Positions 49,901 to 64,000 of a DNA stretch of 64,000 nt are shown here, one piece after another. Position numbers and translations under genes: made by a program. The stretch comes from Eledone cirrhosa (taxonomy: Eukaryota), in NCBI GenBank assembly GCA_964016885.1, contig OZ024741.1, positions 153,822,001 to 153,886,000 on the forward strand. The letters run 5' to 3'. A model generated the notes under the pieces. That model was not told the DNA's origin. It worked only from the letters and a program-made list of their open reading frames with translations, and made no database searches. The first letter of the stretch is position 1, and every line of letters starts with the position of its first letter.

Positions 49901-52900
49901 TTCTATTTAACAGCTATTATACCTTGATCTCCCCACTTCTGGCTGAGTATACCTAAATCTAGCTTGTCTTCTATTTACCTTGTATTATGCCTTGATCTTC
50001 CCACTTCTGGCTGAGTATACCTGATATCTAGCTTATCTTCTATTAACTTGCTATTATACCCTGATCTTCCCACTTCTGGCTGAGTATATCTGATATCTAG
50101 CTTGTCTTCTATTTACCTGGTATTATACCTTGATCTTCCCACTTCTGGCTGAGTATACCTGATATCTAGCTTGTCTTCTATTTACCTGGTATTATACCTT
50201 GATCCTCCCACTTCTAGCTGAGTATACCTGATATCTAGCTTATCTTCTATTAACCTGCTATTATACCTTGATCTTCCCACTTCTGGCTGAGTATACCTGA
50301 TATCTAGCTTGTCTTCCATTTACCTGCTATTATACCCTGATCCTCCCACTTCTGGCTGAGTATACCTGATATCTAGCTTGTGTTCTATTTACCTGCTATT
50401 ATACCTTGATCTTCCCACTTGTGGCTGAGTATATCTGATATCTTGCTTGTCTTCTATTTACCTGCTATTATACCTTCATCTTCCCACTTCTGGCTGAGTA
50501 TATCTGATATCTAGCTTGTCTTCTATTTACCTGGTATTATACCTTGATCTTCCCACTTCTGGCTGAGTATACCTGATATCTAGCTTGTCTTCTATTTATC
50601 TGGTATTATACCTTGATCTTCCCACTTCTGGCTGAATATTCCTGATATCTAGCTTGTCTTCTATTTACCCGGCATTACACCTTGATCCTCCCACTTCTGG
50701 CTGAGTATACCTGATATCTAGCTTGTCTTATATTTACCTGCTATTATACCTTGATCTTCCCACTTCCGGCCGAGTATACCTGATATCTAGCTTGTCTTGT
50801 ATTTACCTGCTATTATACCTTGATCTTCCAACTTCTGGCTGAGTATAGCTGATATCTAGCTTGTCTTGTATTTACCTGCTATTATACCTTGAACCTCCCA
50901 CTTCTAGCTGAGTATACATGATATCTAGCTTGTCATCTATTTACCTGCTATTAAACCTTGATCTTCCAACTTCTGGCTGAGTATAGCTGATATCTAGCTT
51001 GTCTTGTATTTACCTGCTATTATACCTTGAACCTCCCACTTCTGGCTGAGTATACATGATATCTAGCTTCTCATCTATTTACCTGCTATTATACCTTGAT
51101 CTTCCAACTTCTGGCTGAGTATAGCTGATATCTAGCTTGTCTTGTATTTACCTGCTATTATACCTTGAACCTCCCACTTCTGGCTGAGTATACATGATAT
51201 CTAGCTTGTCATCTATTTACCTGCTATTATACCTTGATCTTCCAACTTCTGGCTGAGTATAGCTGATATCTAGCTTGTCTTGTATTTACCTGCTATTATA
51301 CCTTGAACCTCCCACTTCTGGCTGAGTATACATGATATCTAGCTTGTCATCTATTTACCTGCTATTATACCTTGATCTTCCCACTTCTGGCTGAGTATAT
51401 CTGATATCTAGCTTGTATTCTATTTAACAGCTATTATACCTTGATCTTCCCACTTCTGGCTGAGTATACCTGATATCTAGCTTGTCATCTATTTACCTGC
51501 TATTATACCTTGATCTTCCAACTTCTGGCTGAGTATAGCTGATATCTAGCTTGTCTTGTATTTACCTGCTATTATACCTTGAACCTCCCACTTCTGGCTG
51601 AGTATACATGATATCTAGCTTGTCATCTATTTACCTGCTATTATACCTTGATCTTCCCACTTCTGGCTGAGTATATCTGATATCTAGCTTGTATTCTATT
51701 TAACAGCAATTATACCTTGATCTTCCCACTTCTGGCTGAGTATACCTGATATCTAGCTTGTCTTCTATTTACCTGCTATTATACCTTGATCTTCCCACTT
51801 CTGGCTGAGTATATCTGATATCTAGCTTGTCTTCTATTTACCTGGTATTATACCTTGATCTTCCCACTTCTGGCTGAGTATACCTGATATCTAGCTTGTC
51901 TTCTATTTACCTGCTATTATACCTTCATCTTCCCACTTCTGGCTGAGTATATCTGATATCTAGCTTGTCTTCTATTTACCTGCTATTATACCTTCATCTT
52001 CCCACTTCTGGCTGAGTATACCTGATATCTAGCTTGTATTCTATTTAACAGCTATTATACCTTGATCTCCCCACTTCTGGCTGAGTATACCTAAATCTAG
52101 CTTGTCTTCTATTTACCTTGTATTATGCCTTGATCTTCCCACTTCTGGCTGAGTATACCTGATATCTAGCTTATCTTCTATTAACTTGCTATTATACCCT
52201 GATCTTCCCACTTCTGGCTGAGTATATCTGATATCTAGCTTGTCTTCTATTTACCTGGTATTATACCTTGATCTTCCCACTTCTGGCTGAGTATACCTGA
52301 TATCTAGCTTGTCTTCTATTTACCTGGTATTATACCTTGATCCTCCCACTTCTGGCTGAGTATACCTGATATCTAGCTTATCTTCTATTAACCTGCTATT
52401 ATACCTTGATCTTCCCACTTCTGGCTGAGTATACCTGATATCTACCTTGTCTTCCATTTACCTGCTATTATACCCTGATCCTCCCACTTCTGGCTGAGTA
52501 TACCTGATATCTAGCTTGTGTTCTATTTACCTGCTATTATACCTTGATCTTCCCACTTGTGGCTGAGTATATCTGATATCTAGCTTGTCTTTTATTTACC
52601 TGGTATTATACCTTGATCTTCCCACTTCTGGCTGAGTATACCTGATATCTAGCTTGTCTTCTATTTACCTGCTATTATACCTTCATCTTCCCACTTCTGG
52701 CTGAGTATATCTGATATCTAGCTTGTCTTCTATTTACCTGGTATTATACCTTGATCTTCCCACTTCTGGCTGAGTATACCTGATATCTAGCTTGTCTTCT
52801 ATTTATCTGGTATTATACCTTGATCTTCCCACTTCTGGCTGAATATTCCTGATATCTAGCTTGTCTTCTATTTACCCGGCATTACACCTTGATCCTCCCA

Positions 52901-55900
52901 CTTCTGGCTGAGTATACCTGATATCTAGCTTGTCTTATATTTACCTGCTATTATACCTTGATCTTCCCACTTCCGGCCGAGTATACCTGATATCTAGCTT
53001 GTTTTGTATTTACCTGCTATTATACCTTGATCTTCCAACTTCTGGCTGAGTATAGCTGATATCTAGCTTGTCTTGTATTTACCTGCTATTATACCTTGAA
53101 CCTCCCACTTCTGGCTGAGTATACATGATATCTAGCTTGTCATCTATTTACCTGCTATTATACCTTGATCTTCCAACTTCTGGCTGAGTATAGCTGATAT
53201 CTAGCTTGTCTTGTATTTACCTGCTATTATACCTTGAACTTCCCACTTCTGGCTGAGTATACATGATATCTAGCTTGTCATCTATTTACCTGCTATTATA
53301 CCTTGATCTTCCAACTTCTGGCTGAGTATAGCTGATATCTAGCTTGTCTTGTATTTACCTGCTATTATACCTTGAACCTCCCACTTCTGGCTGAGTATAC
53401 CTGATATCTAGCTTATCTTCTATTAACCTGCTATTATACCTTGATCTTCCCACTTCTGGCTGAGTATACCTGATATCTAGCTTGTCTTCCATTTACCTGC
53501 TATTATACCTTGATCTTCCCACTTCTGGCTGAGTATAGATGATATCTAGCTTGTCTTCTATTTACCTGGTATTATACCTTGATCTTCCCAGTTCTGGCTG
53601 AGTATACCTGATATCTAGCTTGTCTTCTATTTACCTGCTATTATACCTTCATCTTCCCACTTCTGGCTGAGTATACCTGATATCTAGATTGTCTTCTATT
53701 TACCTGCTATTATACCTTGATCTTCCCACTTCTGGCTGAGAATACCTGATATCTAGCTTGTCTTCTATTTACCTGCTATTATACCTTGATCTTCCCACTT
53801 CTGGCTGAGTATATCTGATATCTAGCTTGTATTCTATTTAACAGCTATTATACCTTGATCTTCCCACTTCTGGCTGAGTATACATGATATCTAGCTTGTC
53901 TTCTATTTATCTGCTATTATACCTTCATCTTCCCACTTCTGGCTGAGTATATCTGATATCTAGCTTGTCTTCTATTTACCTGGTATTATACCTTGATCTT
54001 CCCACTTCTGGCTGAGTATACCTGATATCTAGCTTGTCTTCTATTTACCTGCTATTATACCTTCATCTTCCCACTTCTGGCTGAGTATATCTGATATCTA
54101 GCTGGTCTTCTATTTACCTGCTATTATACCTTCATCTTCCCACATCTGGCTGAGTATACCTGATATCTAGCTTGTATTCTATTTAACAGCTATTATACCT
54201 TGATCTCCCCACTTCTGGCTGAGTATACCTAAATCTAGCTTGTCTTCTATTTACCTTGTATTATGCCTTGATCTTCCCACTTCTGGCTGAGTATACCTGA
54301 TATCTAGCTTATCTTCTATTAACCTGCTATTATACCTTGATCTTCCCACTTCTGGCTGAGTATATCTGATATCTAGCTTGTCTTCTATTTACCTGGTATT
54401 ATACCTTGATCTTCCCACTTCTGGCTGAGTATACCTGATATCTAGCTTGTCTTCTATTTACCTGGTATTATACCTTGATCCTCCCACTTCTGGCTGAGTA
54501 TACCTGATATCTAGCTTATCTTCTATTAACCTGCTATTATACCTTGATCTTCCCACTTCTGGCTGAGTATACCTGATATCTAGCTTGTATTCTATTTAAC
54601 AGCTATTATACCTTGATCTCCCCACTTCTGGCTGAGTATACCTAAATCTAGCTTGTCTTCTATTTACCTTGTATTATGCCTTGATCTTCCCACTTCTGGC
54701 TGAGTATACCTGATATCTAGCTTATCTTCTATTAACTTGCTATTATACCTTGATCTTCCCACTTCTGGCTGAGTATATCTGATATCTAGCTTGTCTTCTA
54801 TTTACCTGGTATTATACCTTGATCTTCCCACTTCTGGCTGACTATACCTGATATCTTGTTTGTCTTCTATTTACCTGGTATTATACCTTGATCCTCCCAC
54901 TTCTGGCTGAGTATACCTGATATCTAGCTTATCTTCTATTAACCTGCTATTATACCTTGATCTTCCCACTTCTGGCTGAGTATACCTGATATCTAGCTTG
55001 TCTTCCATTTACCTGCTATTATACCCTGATCCTCCCACTTCTGGCTGAGTATACCTGATATCTAGCTTGTGTTCTATTTACCTGCTATTATACCTTGATC
55101 TTCCCACTTCTGGCTGAGTATACCTAAATCTAGCTTGTCTTCTATTTACCTTGTATTATGCCTTGATCTTCCCACTTCTGGCTGAGTATACCTGATATCT
55201 AGCTTATCTTCTATTAACTTGCTATTATACCTTGATCTTCCCACTTCTGGCTGAGTATATCTGATATCTAGCTTGTCTTCTATTTACCTGGTATTATACC
55301 TTGATCTTCCCACTTCTGGCTGAGTATACCTGATATCTAGCTTGTCTTCTATTTACCTGGTATTATACCTTGATCCTCCCACTTCTGGCTGAGTATACCT
55401 GATATCTAGCTTATCTTCTATTAACCTGCTATTATACCTTGATCTTCCCACTTCTGGCTGAGTATACCTGATATCTAGCTTGTCTTCCATTTGCCTGCTA
55501 TTATACCCTGATCCTCCCACTTCTGGCTGAGTATACCTGATATCTAGCTTGTGTTCTATTTACCTGCTATTATACCTTGATCTTCCCACTTGTGGCTGAG
55601 TATATCTGATATCTAGCTTGTCTTTTATTTACCTGGTATTATACCTTGATCTTCCCACTTCTGGCTGAGTATACCTGATATCTAGCTTGTCTTCTATTTA
55701 CCTGCTATTATACCTTCATCTTCCCACTTCTGGCTGAGTATATCTGATATCTAGCTTGTCTTCTATTTACCTGCTATTATACCTTGATCTTCCCACTTCT
55801 GGCTGAGTATACCTGATATCTAGCTTGTATTCTATTTAACAGCTATTATACCTTGATCTCCCCACTTCTGGCTGAGTATACCTAAATCTAGCTTGTCTTC

Positions 55901-58900
55901 TATTTACCTAGCATTATGCCTTGATCTTCCCACTTCTGGCTGAGTATACCTGATATCTAGCTTATCTTCTATTAACTTGCTATTATACCTTGATCTTCCC
56001 ACTTCTGGCTGAGTATATCTGATATCTAGCTTGTCTTCTATTTACCTGGTATTATACCTTGATCCTCCCACTTCTGGCTGAGTATACCTGATATCTAGCT
56101 TATCTTCTATTAACCTGCTATTATACCTTGATCTTCCCACTTCTGGCTGAGTATACCTGATATCTAGCTTGTCTTCCATTTACCTGCTATTATACCCTGA
56201 TCCTCCCACTTCTGGCTGAGTATACCTGATATCTAGCTTGTGTTATATTTACCTGCTATTATACCTTGATCTTCCCACTTGTGGCTGAGTATATCTGATA
56301 TCTAGCTTGTCTTTTATTTACCTGGTATTATACCTTGATCTTCCCACTTCTGGCTGAGTATACCTGATATCTAGCTTGTCTTCTATTTACCTGCTATTAT
56401 ACCTTCATCTTCCCACTTCTGGCTGAGTATATCTGATATCTAGCTTGTCTTCTATTTACCTGCTATTATACCTTGATCTTCCCACTTCTGGCTGAGTATA
56501 CCTGATATCTAGCTTGTATTCTATTTAACAGCTATTATACCTTGATCTCCCCACTTCTGGCTGAGTATACCTAAATCTAGCTTGTCTTCTATTTACCTTG
56601 TATTATGCCTTGATCTTCCCACTTCTGGCTGAGTATACCTGATATCTAGCTTATCTTCTATTAACTTGCTATTATACCTTGATCTTCCCACTTCTGGCTG
56701 AGTATACCTGATATCTAGCTTGTCTTCTATTTATCTGGTATTATACCTTGATCTTCCCACTTCTGGCTGAATATTCCTGATATCTAGCTTGTCTTCTATT
56801 TACCCGGCATTACACCTTGATCCTCCCACTTCTGGCTCAGTATACCTGATATCTAGCTTGTCTTATATTTACCTGCTATTATACCTTGATCTTCCCACTT
56901 CCGGCCGAGTATACCTGATATCTAGCTTGTCTTGTATTTACCTGCTATTATACCTTGATCTTCCAACTTCTGGCTGAGTATAGCTGATATCTAGCTTGTC
57001 TTGTATTTACCTGCTATTATACCTTGAACCTCCCACTTCTGGCTGAGTATACATGATATCTAGCTTGTCATCTATTTACCTGCTATTATACCTTGATCTT
57101 CCAACTTCTGGCTGAGTATAGCTGATATCTAGCTTGTCTTGTATTTACCTGCTATTATACCTTGAACTTCCCACTTCTGGCTGAGTATACATGATATCTA
57201 GCTTGTCATCTATTTACCTGCTATTATACCTTGATCTTCCAACTTCTGGCTGAGTATAGCTGATATCTAGCTTGTCTTGTATTTACCTGCTATTATACTT
57301 TGAACCTCCCACTTCTGGCTGAGTATACCTGATATCTAGCTTATCTTCTATTAACCTGCTATTATACCTTGATCTTCCCACTTCTGGCTGAGTATACCTG
57401 ATATCTAGCTTGTCTTCCATTTACCTGCTATTATACCTTGATCTTCCCACTTCTGGCTGAGTATAGCTGATATCTAGCTTGTCTTCTATTTACCTGGTAT
57501 TATACCTTGATCTTCCCAGTTCTGGCTGAGTATACCTGATATCTAGCTTGTCTTCTATTTACCTGCTATTATACCTTCATCTTCCCACTTCTGGCTGAGT
57601 ATACCTGATATCTAGATTGTCTTCTATTTACCTGCTATTATACCTTGATCTTCCCACTTCTGGCTGAGAATACCTGATATCTAGCTTGTCTTCTATTTAC
57701 CTGCTATTATACCTTGATCTTCCCACTTCTGGCTGAGTATATCTGATATCTAGCTTGTATTCTATTTAACAGCTATTATACCTTGATCTTCCCACTTCTG
57801 GCTGAGTATACATGATATCTAGCTTGTCTTCTATTTATCTGCTATTATACCTTCATCTTCCCACTTCTGGCTGAGTATATCTGATATCTAGCTTGTCTTC
57901 TATTTACCTGGTATTATACCTTGATCTTCCCACTTCTGGCTGAGTATACCTGATATCTAGCTTGTCTTCTATTTACCTGCTATTATACCTTCATCTTCCC
58001 ACTTCTGGCTGAGTATATCTGATATCTAGCTTGTCTTCTATTTACCTGCTATTATACCTTCATCTTCCCACATCTGGCTGAGTATACCTGATATCTAGCT
58101 TGTATTCTATTTAACAGCTATTATACCTTGATCTCCCCACTTCTGGCTGAGTATACCTAAATCTAGCTTGTCTTCTATTTACCTTGTATTATGCCTTGAT
58201 CTTCCCACTTCTGGCTGAGTATACCTGATATCTAGCTTATCTTCTATTAACCTGCTATTATACCTTGATCTTCCCACTTCTGGCTGAGTATATCTGATAT
58301 CTAGCTTGTCTTCTATTTACCTGGTATTATACCTTGATCTTCCCACTTCTGGCTGAGTATACCTGATATCTAGCTTGTCTTCTATTTACCTGGTATTATA
58401 CCTTGATCCTCCCACTTCTGGCTGAGTATACCTGATATCTAGCTTATCTTCTATTAACCTGCTATTATACCTTGATCTTCCCACTTCTGGCTGAGTATAC
58501 CTGATATCTAGCTTGTATTCTATTTAACAGCTATTATACCTTGATCTCCCCACTTCTGGCTGAGTATACCTAAATCTAGCTTGTCTTCTATTTACCTTGT
58601 ATTATGCCTTGATCTTCCCACTTCTGGCTGAGTATACCTGATATCTAGCTTGTCTTCTATTTACCTTGTATTATGCCTTGATCTTCCCACTTCTGGCTGA
58701 GTATACCTGATATCTAGCTTATCTTCGATTAACTTGCTATTATACCTTGATCTTCCCACTTCTGGCTGAGTATATCTGATATCTAGCTTGTCTTCTATTT
58801 ACCTGGTATTATACCTTGATCTTCCCACTTCTGGCTGAGTATACCTGATATCTAGCTTGTCTTCTATTTACCTGGTATTATACCTTGATCCTCCCACTTC

Positions 58901-61900
58901 TGGCTGAGTATACCTGATATCTAGCTTATCTTCTATTAACCTGCTATTATACCTTGATCTTCCCACTTCTGGCTGAGTATACCTGATATCTAGCTTGTCT
59001 TCCATTTGCCTGCTATTATACCCTGATCCTCCCACTTCTGGCTGAGTATACCTGATATCTAGCTTGTGTTCTATTTACCTGCTATTATACCTTGATCTTC
59101 CCACTTGTGGCTGAGTATATCTGATATCTAGCTTGTCTTTTATTTACCTGGTATTATACCTTGATCTTCCCACTTCTGGCTGAGTATACCTGATATCTAG
59201 CTTGTCTTCTATTTACCTGCTATTATACCTTCATCTTCCCACTTCTGGCTGAGTATATCTGATATCTAGCTTGTCTTCTATTTACCTGCTATTATACCTT
59301 GATCTTCCCACTTCTGGCTGAGTATACCTGATATCTAGCTTGTATTCTATTTAACAGCTATTATACCTTGATCTCCCCACTTCTGGCTGAGTATACCTAA
59401 ATCTAGCTTGTCTTCTATTTACCTTGTATTATGCCTCGATCTTCCCACTTCTGGCTGAGTATACCTGATATCTAGCTTATCTTCTATTAACTTGCTATTA
59501 TACCTTGATCTTCCCACTTCTGGCTGAGTATATCTGATATCTAGCTTGTCTTCTATTTACCTGGTATTATACCTTGATCCTCCCACTTCTGGCTGAGTAT
59601 ACCTGATATCTAGCTTATCTTCTATTAACCTGCTATTATACCTTGATCTTCCCACTTCTGGCTGAGTATACCTGATATCTAGCTTGTCTTCCATTTACCT
59701 GCTATTATACCCTGATCCTCCCACTTCTGGCTGAGTATACCTGATATCTAGCTTGTGTTATATTTACCTGCTATTATACCTTGATCTTCCCACTTGTGGC
59801 TGAGTATATCTGATATCTAGCTTGTCTTTTATTTACCTGGTATTATACCTTGATCTTCCCACTTCTGGCTGAGTATACCTGATATCTAGCTTGTCTTCTA
59901 TTTACCTGCTATTATACCTTCATCTTCCCACTTCTGGCTGAGTATATCTGATATCTAGCTTGTCTTCTATTTACCTGGTATTATACCTTGACCTTCCCAC
60001 TTCTGGCTGAGTATACCTGATATCTAGCTTGTCTTCTATTTATCTGGTATTATACCTTGATCTTGCCACTTCTGGCTGAATATTCCTGATATCTAGCTTG
60101 TCTTCTATTTACCCGGCATTATACCTTGATCCTCCCACTTCTGGCTGAGTATACCTGATATCTAGCTTGTCTTATATTTACCTGCTATTATACCTTGATC
60201 TTCCAACTTCTGGCTGAGTATAGCTGATATCTAGCTTGTCTTGTATTTACCTGCTATTATAACTTGAACCTCCCACTTCTGGCTGAGTATACATGATATC
60301 TAGCTTGTCATCTATTTACTTGGTATTATACCTTGATCTTCCAACTTCTGGCTGAGTATATCTGATATCTAGCTTGTCTTGTATTTACCTGCTATTATAC
60401 CTTGAACCTCCCACTTCTGGCTGAGTATACATGATATCTAGCTTGTCATCTATTTACCTGCTATTATACCTTGATCTTCCAACTTCTGGCTGAGTATAGC
60501 TGATATCTAGCTTGTCTTGTATTTACCTGCTATTATACCTTGAACCTCCCACTTCTGGCTGAGTATACATGATATCTAGCTTGTCATCTATTTACCTGCT
60601 ATTATACCTTGATCTTCCAACTTCTGTCTGAGTATAGCTGATATCTAGCTTGTCTTGTATTTACCTGCTATTATACCTTGAACCTCCCACTTCTGGCTGA
60701 GTATACATGCTATCTAGCTTGTCATCTATTAACCTGCTATTATACCTTGATCTTCCCACTTCTGGCTGAGTATATCTGATATCTAGCTTGTATTCTATTT
60801 AACAGCTATTATACCTTGATCTTCCCACTTCTGGCTGAGTATACCTGATATCTAGCTTGTCTTCTATTTACCTGCTATTATACCTTGATCCTCCCACTTC
60901 TGGCTGAGTATATCTGATATCTAGCTTGTCTTCTATTTACCTGGTATTATACCTTGATCTTCCCACTTCTGGCTGAGTATACCTGATATCTAGCTTGTAT
61001 TCTATTTAACAGCTATTATACCTTGATCTCCCCACTTCTGGCTGAGTATACCTAAATCTAGCTTGTCTTCTATTTACCTTGTATTATGCCTTGATCTTCC
61101 CACTTCTGGCTGAGTATACCTGATATCTAGCTTATCTTCTATTAACTTGCTATTATACCTTGATCTTCCCACTTCTGGCTGAGTATATCTGATATCTAGC
61201 TTGTCTTCTATTTACCTGGTATTATACCTTGATCTTCCCACTTCTGGCTGAGTATACCTGATATCTAGCTTGTCTTCCATTTACCTGCTATTATACCCTG
61301 ATCCTTCCACTTCTGGCTGAGTATACCTGATATCTAGCTTGTGTTCTATTTACCTGCTATTATACCTTGATCTTCCCACTTCTGGCTGAGTATACCTGAT
61401 ATCTAGCTTGTCTTCCATTTACCTGCTATTATACCCTGATCCTTCCACTTCTGGCTGAGTATACCTGATATCTAGCTTGTCTTCTATTTACCTGCTATTA
61501 TACCTTCATCTTCCCACTTCTGGCTGAGTATATCTGATATCTAGCTTGTCTTCTATTTACCTGCTATTATACCTTCATCTTCCCACTTCTGGCTGAGTAT
61601 ACCTGATATCTAGCTTGTATTCTATTTAACAGCTATTATACCTTGATCTCCCCACTTCTGGCTGAGTATACCTAAATCTAGCTTGTCTTCTATTTACCTT
61701 GTATTATGCCTTGATCTTCCCACTTCTGGCTGAGTATACCTGATATCTAGCTTATCTTCTATCAACTTGCTATTATACCTTGATCTTCCCACTTCTGGCT
61801 GAGTATATCTGATATCTAGCTTGTCTTCTATTTACCTGGTATTATACCTTGATCTTCCCACTTCTGGCTGAGTATATATGATATCTAGCTTGTCTTCTAT

Positions 61901-64000
61901 TTACCTGGTATTATACCTTGATCCTCCCACTTCTGGCTGAGTATACCTGATATCTAGCTTATCTTCTATTAACCTGCTATTATACCTTGATCTTCCCACT
62001 TCTGGCTGAGTATACCTGATATCTAGCTTGTCTTCCATTTACCTGCTATTATACCCTGATCCTCCCACTTCTGGCTGAGTATACCTGATATCTAGCTTGT
62101 GTTCTATTTACCTGCAATTATACCTTGATCTTCCCACTTGTGGCTGAGTATATCTGATATCTAGCTTGTCTTTTCTTTACCTGGTATTATACCTTGATCT
62201 TCCCACTTCTGGCTGAGTATACCTGATATCTAGCTTGTCTTCTATTTACCTGCTATTATACCTTCATCTTCCCACTTCTGGCTGAGTATATCTGATATCT
62301 AGCTTGTCTTCTATTTACCTGGTATTATACCTTGATCTTCCCACTTCTGGCTGAGTATACCTGATATCTAGCTTGTCTTCTATTTATCTGGTATTATACC
62401 TTGATCTTCCCACTTCTGGCTGAATATTCCTGATATCTAGCTTGTCTTCTATTTACCCGGCATTATACCTTGATCCTCCCACTTCTGGCTGAGTATACCT
62501 GATATCTAGCTTGTCTTATATTTACCTGCTATTATACCTTGATCTTCCCACTTCCGGCCGAGTATACCTGATATCTAGCTTGTCTTGTATTTACCTGCTA
62601 TTATACCTTGATCTTCCAACTTCTGGCTGAGTATAGCTGATATCTAGCTTGTCTTGTATTTACCTGCTATTATACCTTGAACCTCCCACTTCTGGCTGAG
62701 TATACATGATATCTAGCTTGTCATCTATTTACCTGCTATTATACCTTGATCTTCCCACTTCTGGCTGAGTATATCTGATATCTAGCTTGTATTCTATTTA
62801 ACAGCTATTATACCTTGATCTTCCCACTTCTGGCTGAGTATACCTGATATCTAGCTTGTCTTCTATTTACCTGCTATTATACCTTCATCTTCCCACTTCT
62901 GGCTGAGTATATCTGATATCTAGCTTGTCTTCTATTTACCTGGTATTATACCTTGATCTTCCCACTTCTGGCTGAGTATACCTGATATCTAGCTTGTCTT
63001 CTATTTACCTGCTATTATACCTTCATCTTCCCACTTCTGGCTGAGTATACCTGATATCTAGCTTGTATTCTATTTAACAGCTATTATACCTTGATCTCCC
63101 CACTTCTGGCTGAGTATACCTAAATCTAGCTTGTCTTCTATTTACCTTGTATTATGCCTTGATCTTCCCACTTCTGGCTGAGTATACCTGATATCTAGCT
63201 TATCTTCTATTAACTTGCTATTATACCTTGATCTTCCCACTTCTGGCTGAGTATATCTGATATCTAGCTTGTCTTCTATTTACCTGGTATTATACCTTGA
63301 TCTTCCCACTTCTGGCTGAGTATACCTGATATCTTGCTTGTCTTCTATTTACCTGGTATTATACCTTGATCCTCCCACTTCTGGCTGAGTATACCTGATA
63401 TCTAGCTTATCTTCTATTAACCTGCTATTATACCTTGATCTTCCCACTTCTGGCTGAGTATACCTGATATCTAGCTTGTCTTCCATTTACCTGCTATTAT
63501 ACCCTGATCCTCCCACTTCTGGCTGAGTATACCTGATATCTAGCTTGTGTTCTATTTACCTGCTATTATACCTTGATCTTCCCACTTGTGGCTGAGTATA
63601 TCTGATATCTAGCTTGTCTTTTATTTACCTGGTATTATACCTTGATCTTCCCACTTCTGGCTGAGTATACCTGATATCTAGCTTGTCTTCTATTTACCTG
63701 CTATTATACCTTCATCTTCCCACTTCTGGCTGAGTATATCTGATATCTAGCTTGTCTTCTATTTACCTGCTATTATACCTTGATCTTCCCACTTCTGGCT
63801 GAGTATACCTGATATCTAGCTTGTATTCTATTTAACAGCTATTATACCTTGATCTCCCCACTTCTGGCTGAGTATACCTAAATCTAGCTTGTCTTCTATT
63901 TACCTTGTATTATGCCTTGATCTTCCCACTTCTGGCTGAGTATACCTGATATCTAGCTTATCTTCTATTAACTTGCTATTATACCTTGATCTTCCCACTT
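34985..64000. repeat. 69-bp satellite array (~420 monomers, runs off the window) with higher-order repeats
   Basis: Consensus ctagcttgtcttctatttacctgctattataccttgatcttcccacttctggctgagtatacctgatat. Head-to-tail with no spacers; variants recur in a fixed order. Confidence 0.99.

Noticed and set aside
35276-56977. Satellite as a repetitive protein gene (23-codon unit; ORFs 35276-35533 and 56789-56977; one TGA per unit as possible selenocysteine or readthrough)
   Set aside because: The frames I translated carry stops in the consensus, and 68-bp monomers shift the frame repeatedly. The short ORFs arise from sporadic TGA point variants, and the 3n length is compatible with the RTE origin.
34985-64000. 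CRISPR-like array
   Set aside because: Monomers are contiguous with no unique spacers, there are no cas genes, and the context is eukaryotic.

Overview
AT-rich eukaryotic DNA, probably from an octopus or other cephalopod. This is inferred from the SINE and RTE repeat families and the abundant (TA)n/(CA)n/(GAT)n microsatellites. The first ~4 kb hold the last two coding exons of a coronin-like gene (+ strand). From 5 to 35 kb the sequence is mostly transposon relics: tRNA-derived SINEs, piggyBac-type MITEs, an R4/Dong-type LINE fragment, a decayed LTR-retrotransposon pol, two long RTE LINEs carrying a PHD finger (one with an uninterrupted ~995-codon ORF), Tx1- and CRE-like 3' fragments and a hAT transposon. 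From ~34,985 to the window end runs a ~29 kb array of a 69-bp satellite (~420 monomers) with higher-order structure. There are two main observations. (1) The monomer is a 23-codon piece of RTE coding sequence and continues collinearly from a decayed RTE at the array edge, so the satellite appears to have been born in place from a LINE ORF. (2) A cluster of minimal type I hammerhead-ribozyme motifs at ~31.4-33.1 kb lies partly in long palindromes, suggesting Penelope/retrozyme-like RNA elements. All alignments were made by eye; no database searches were run.
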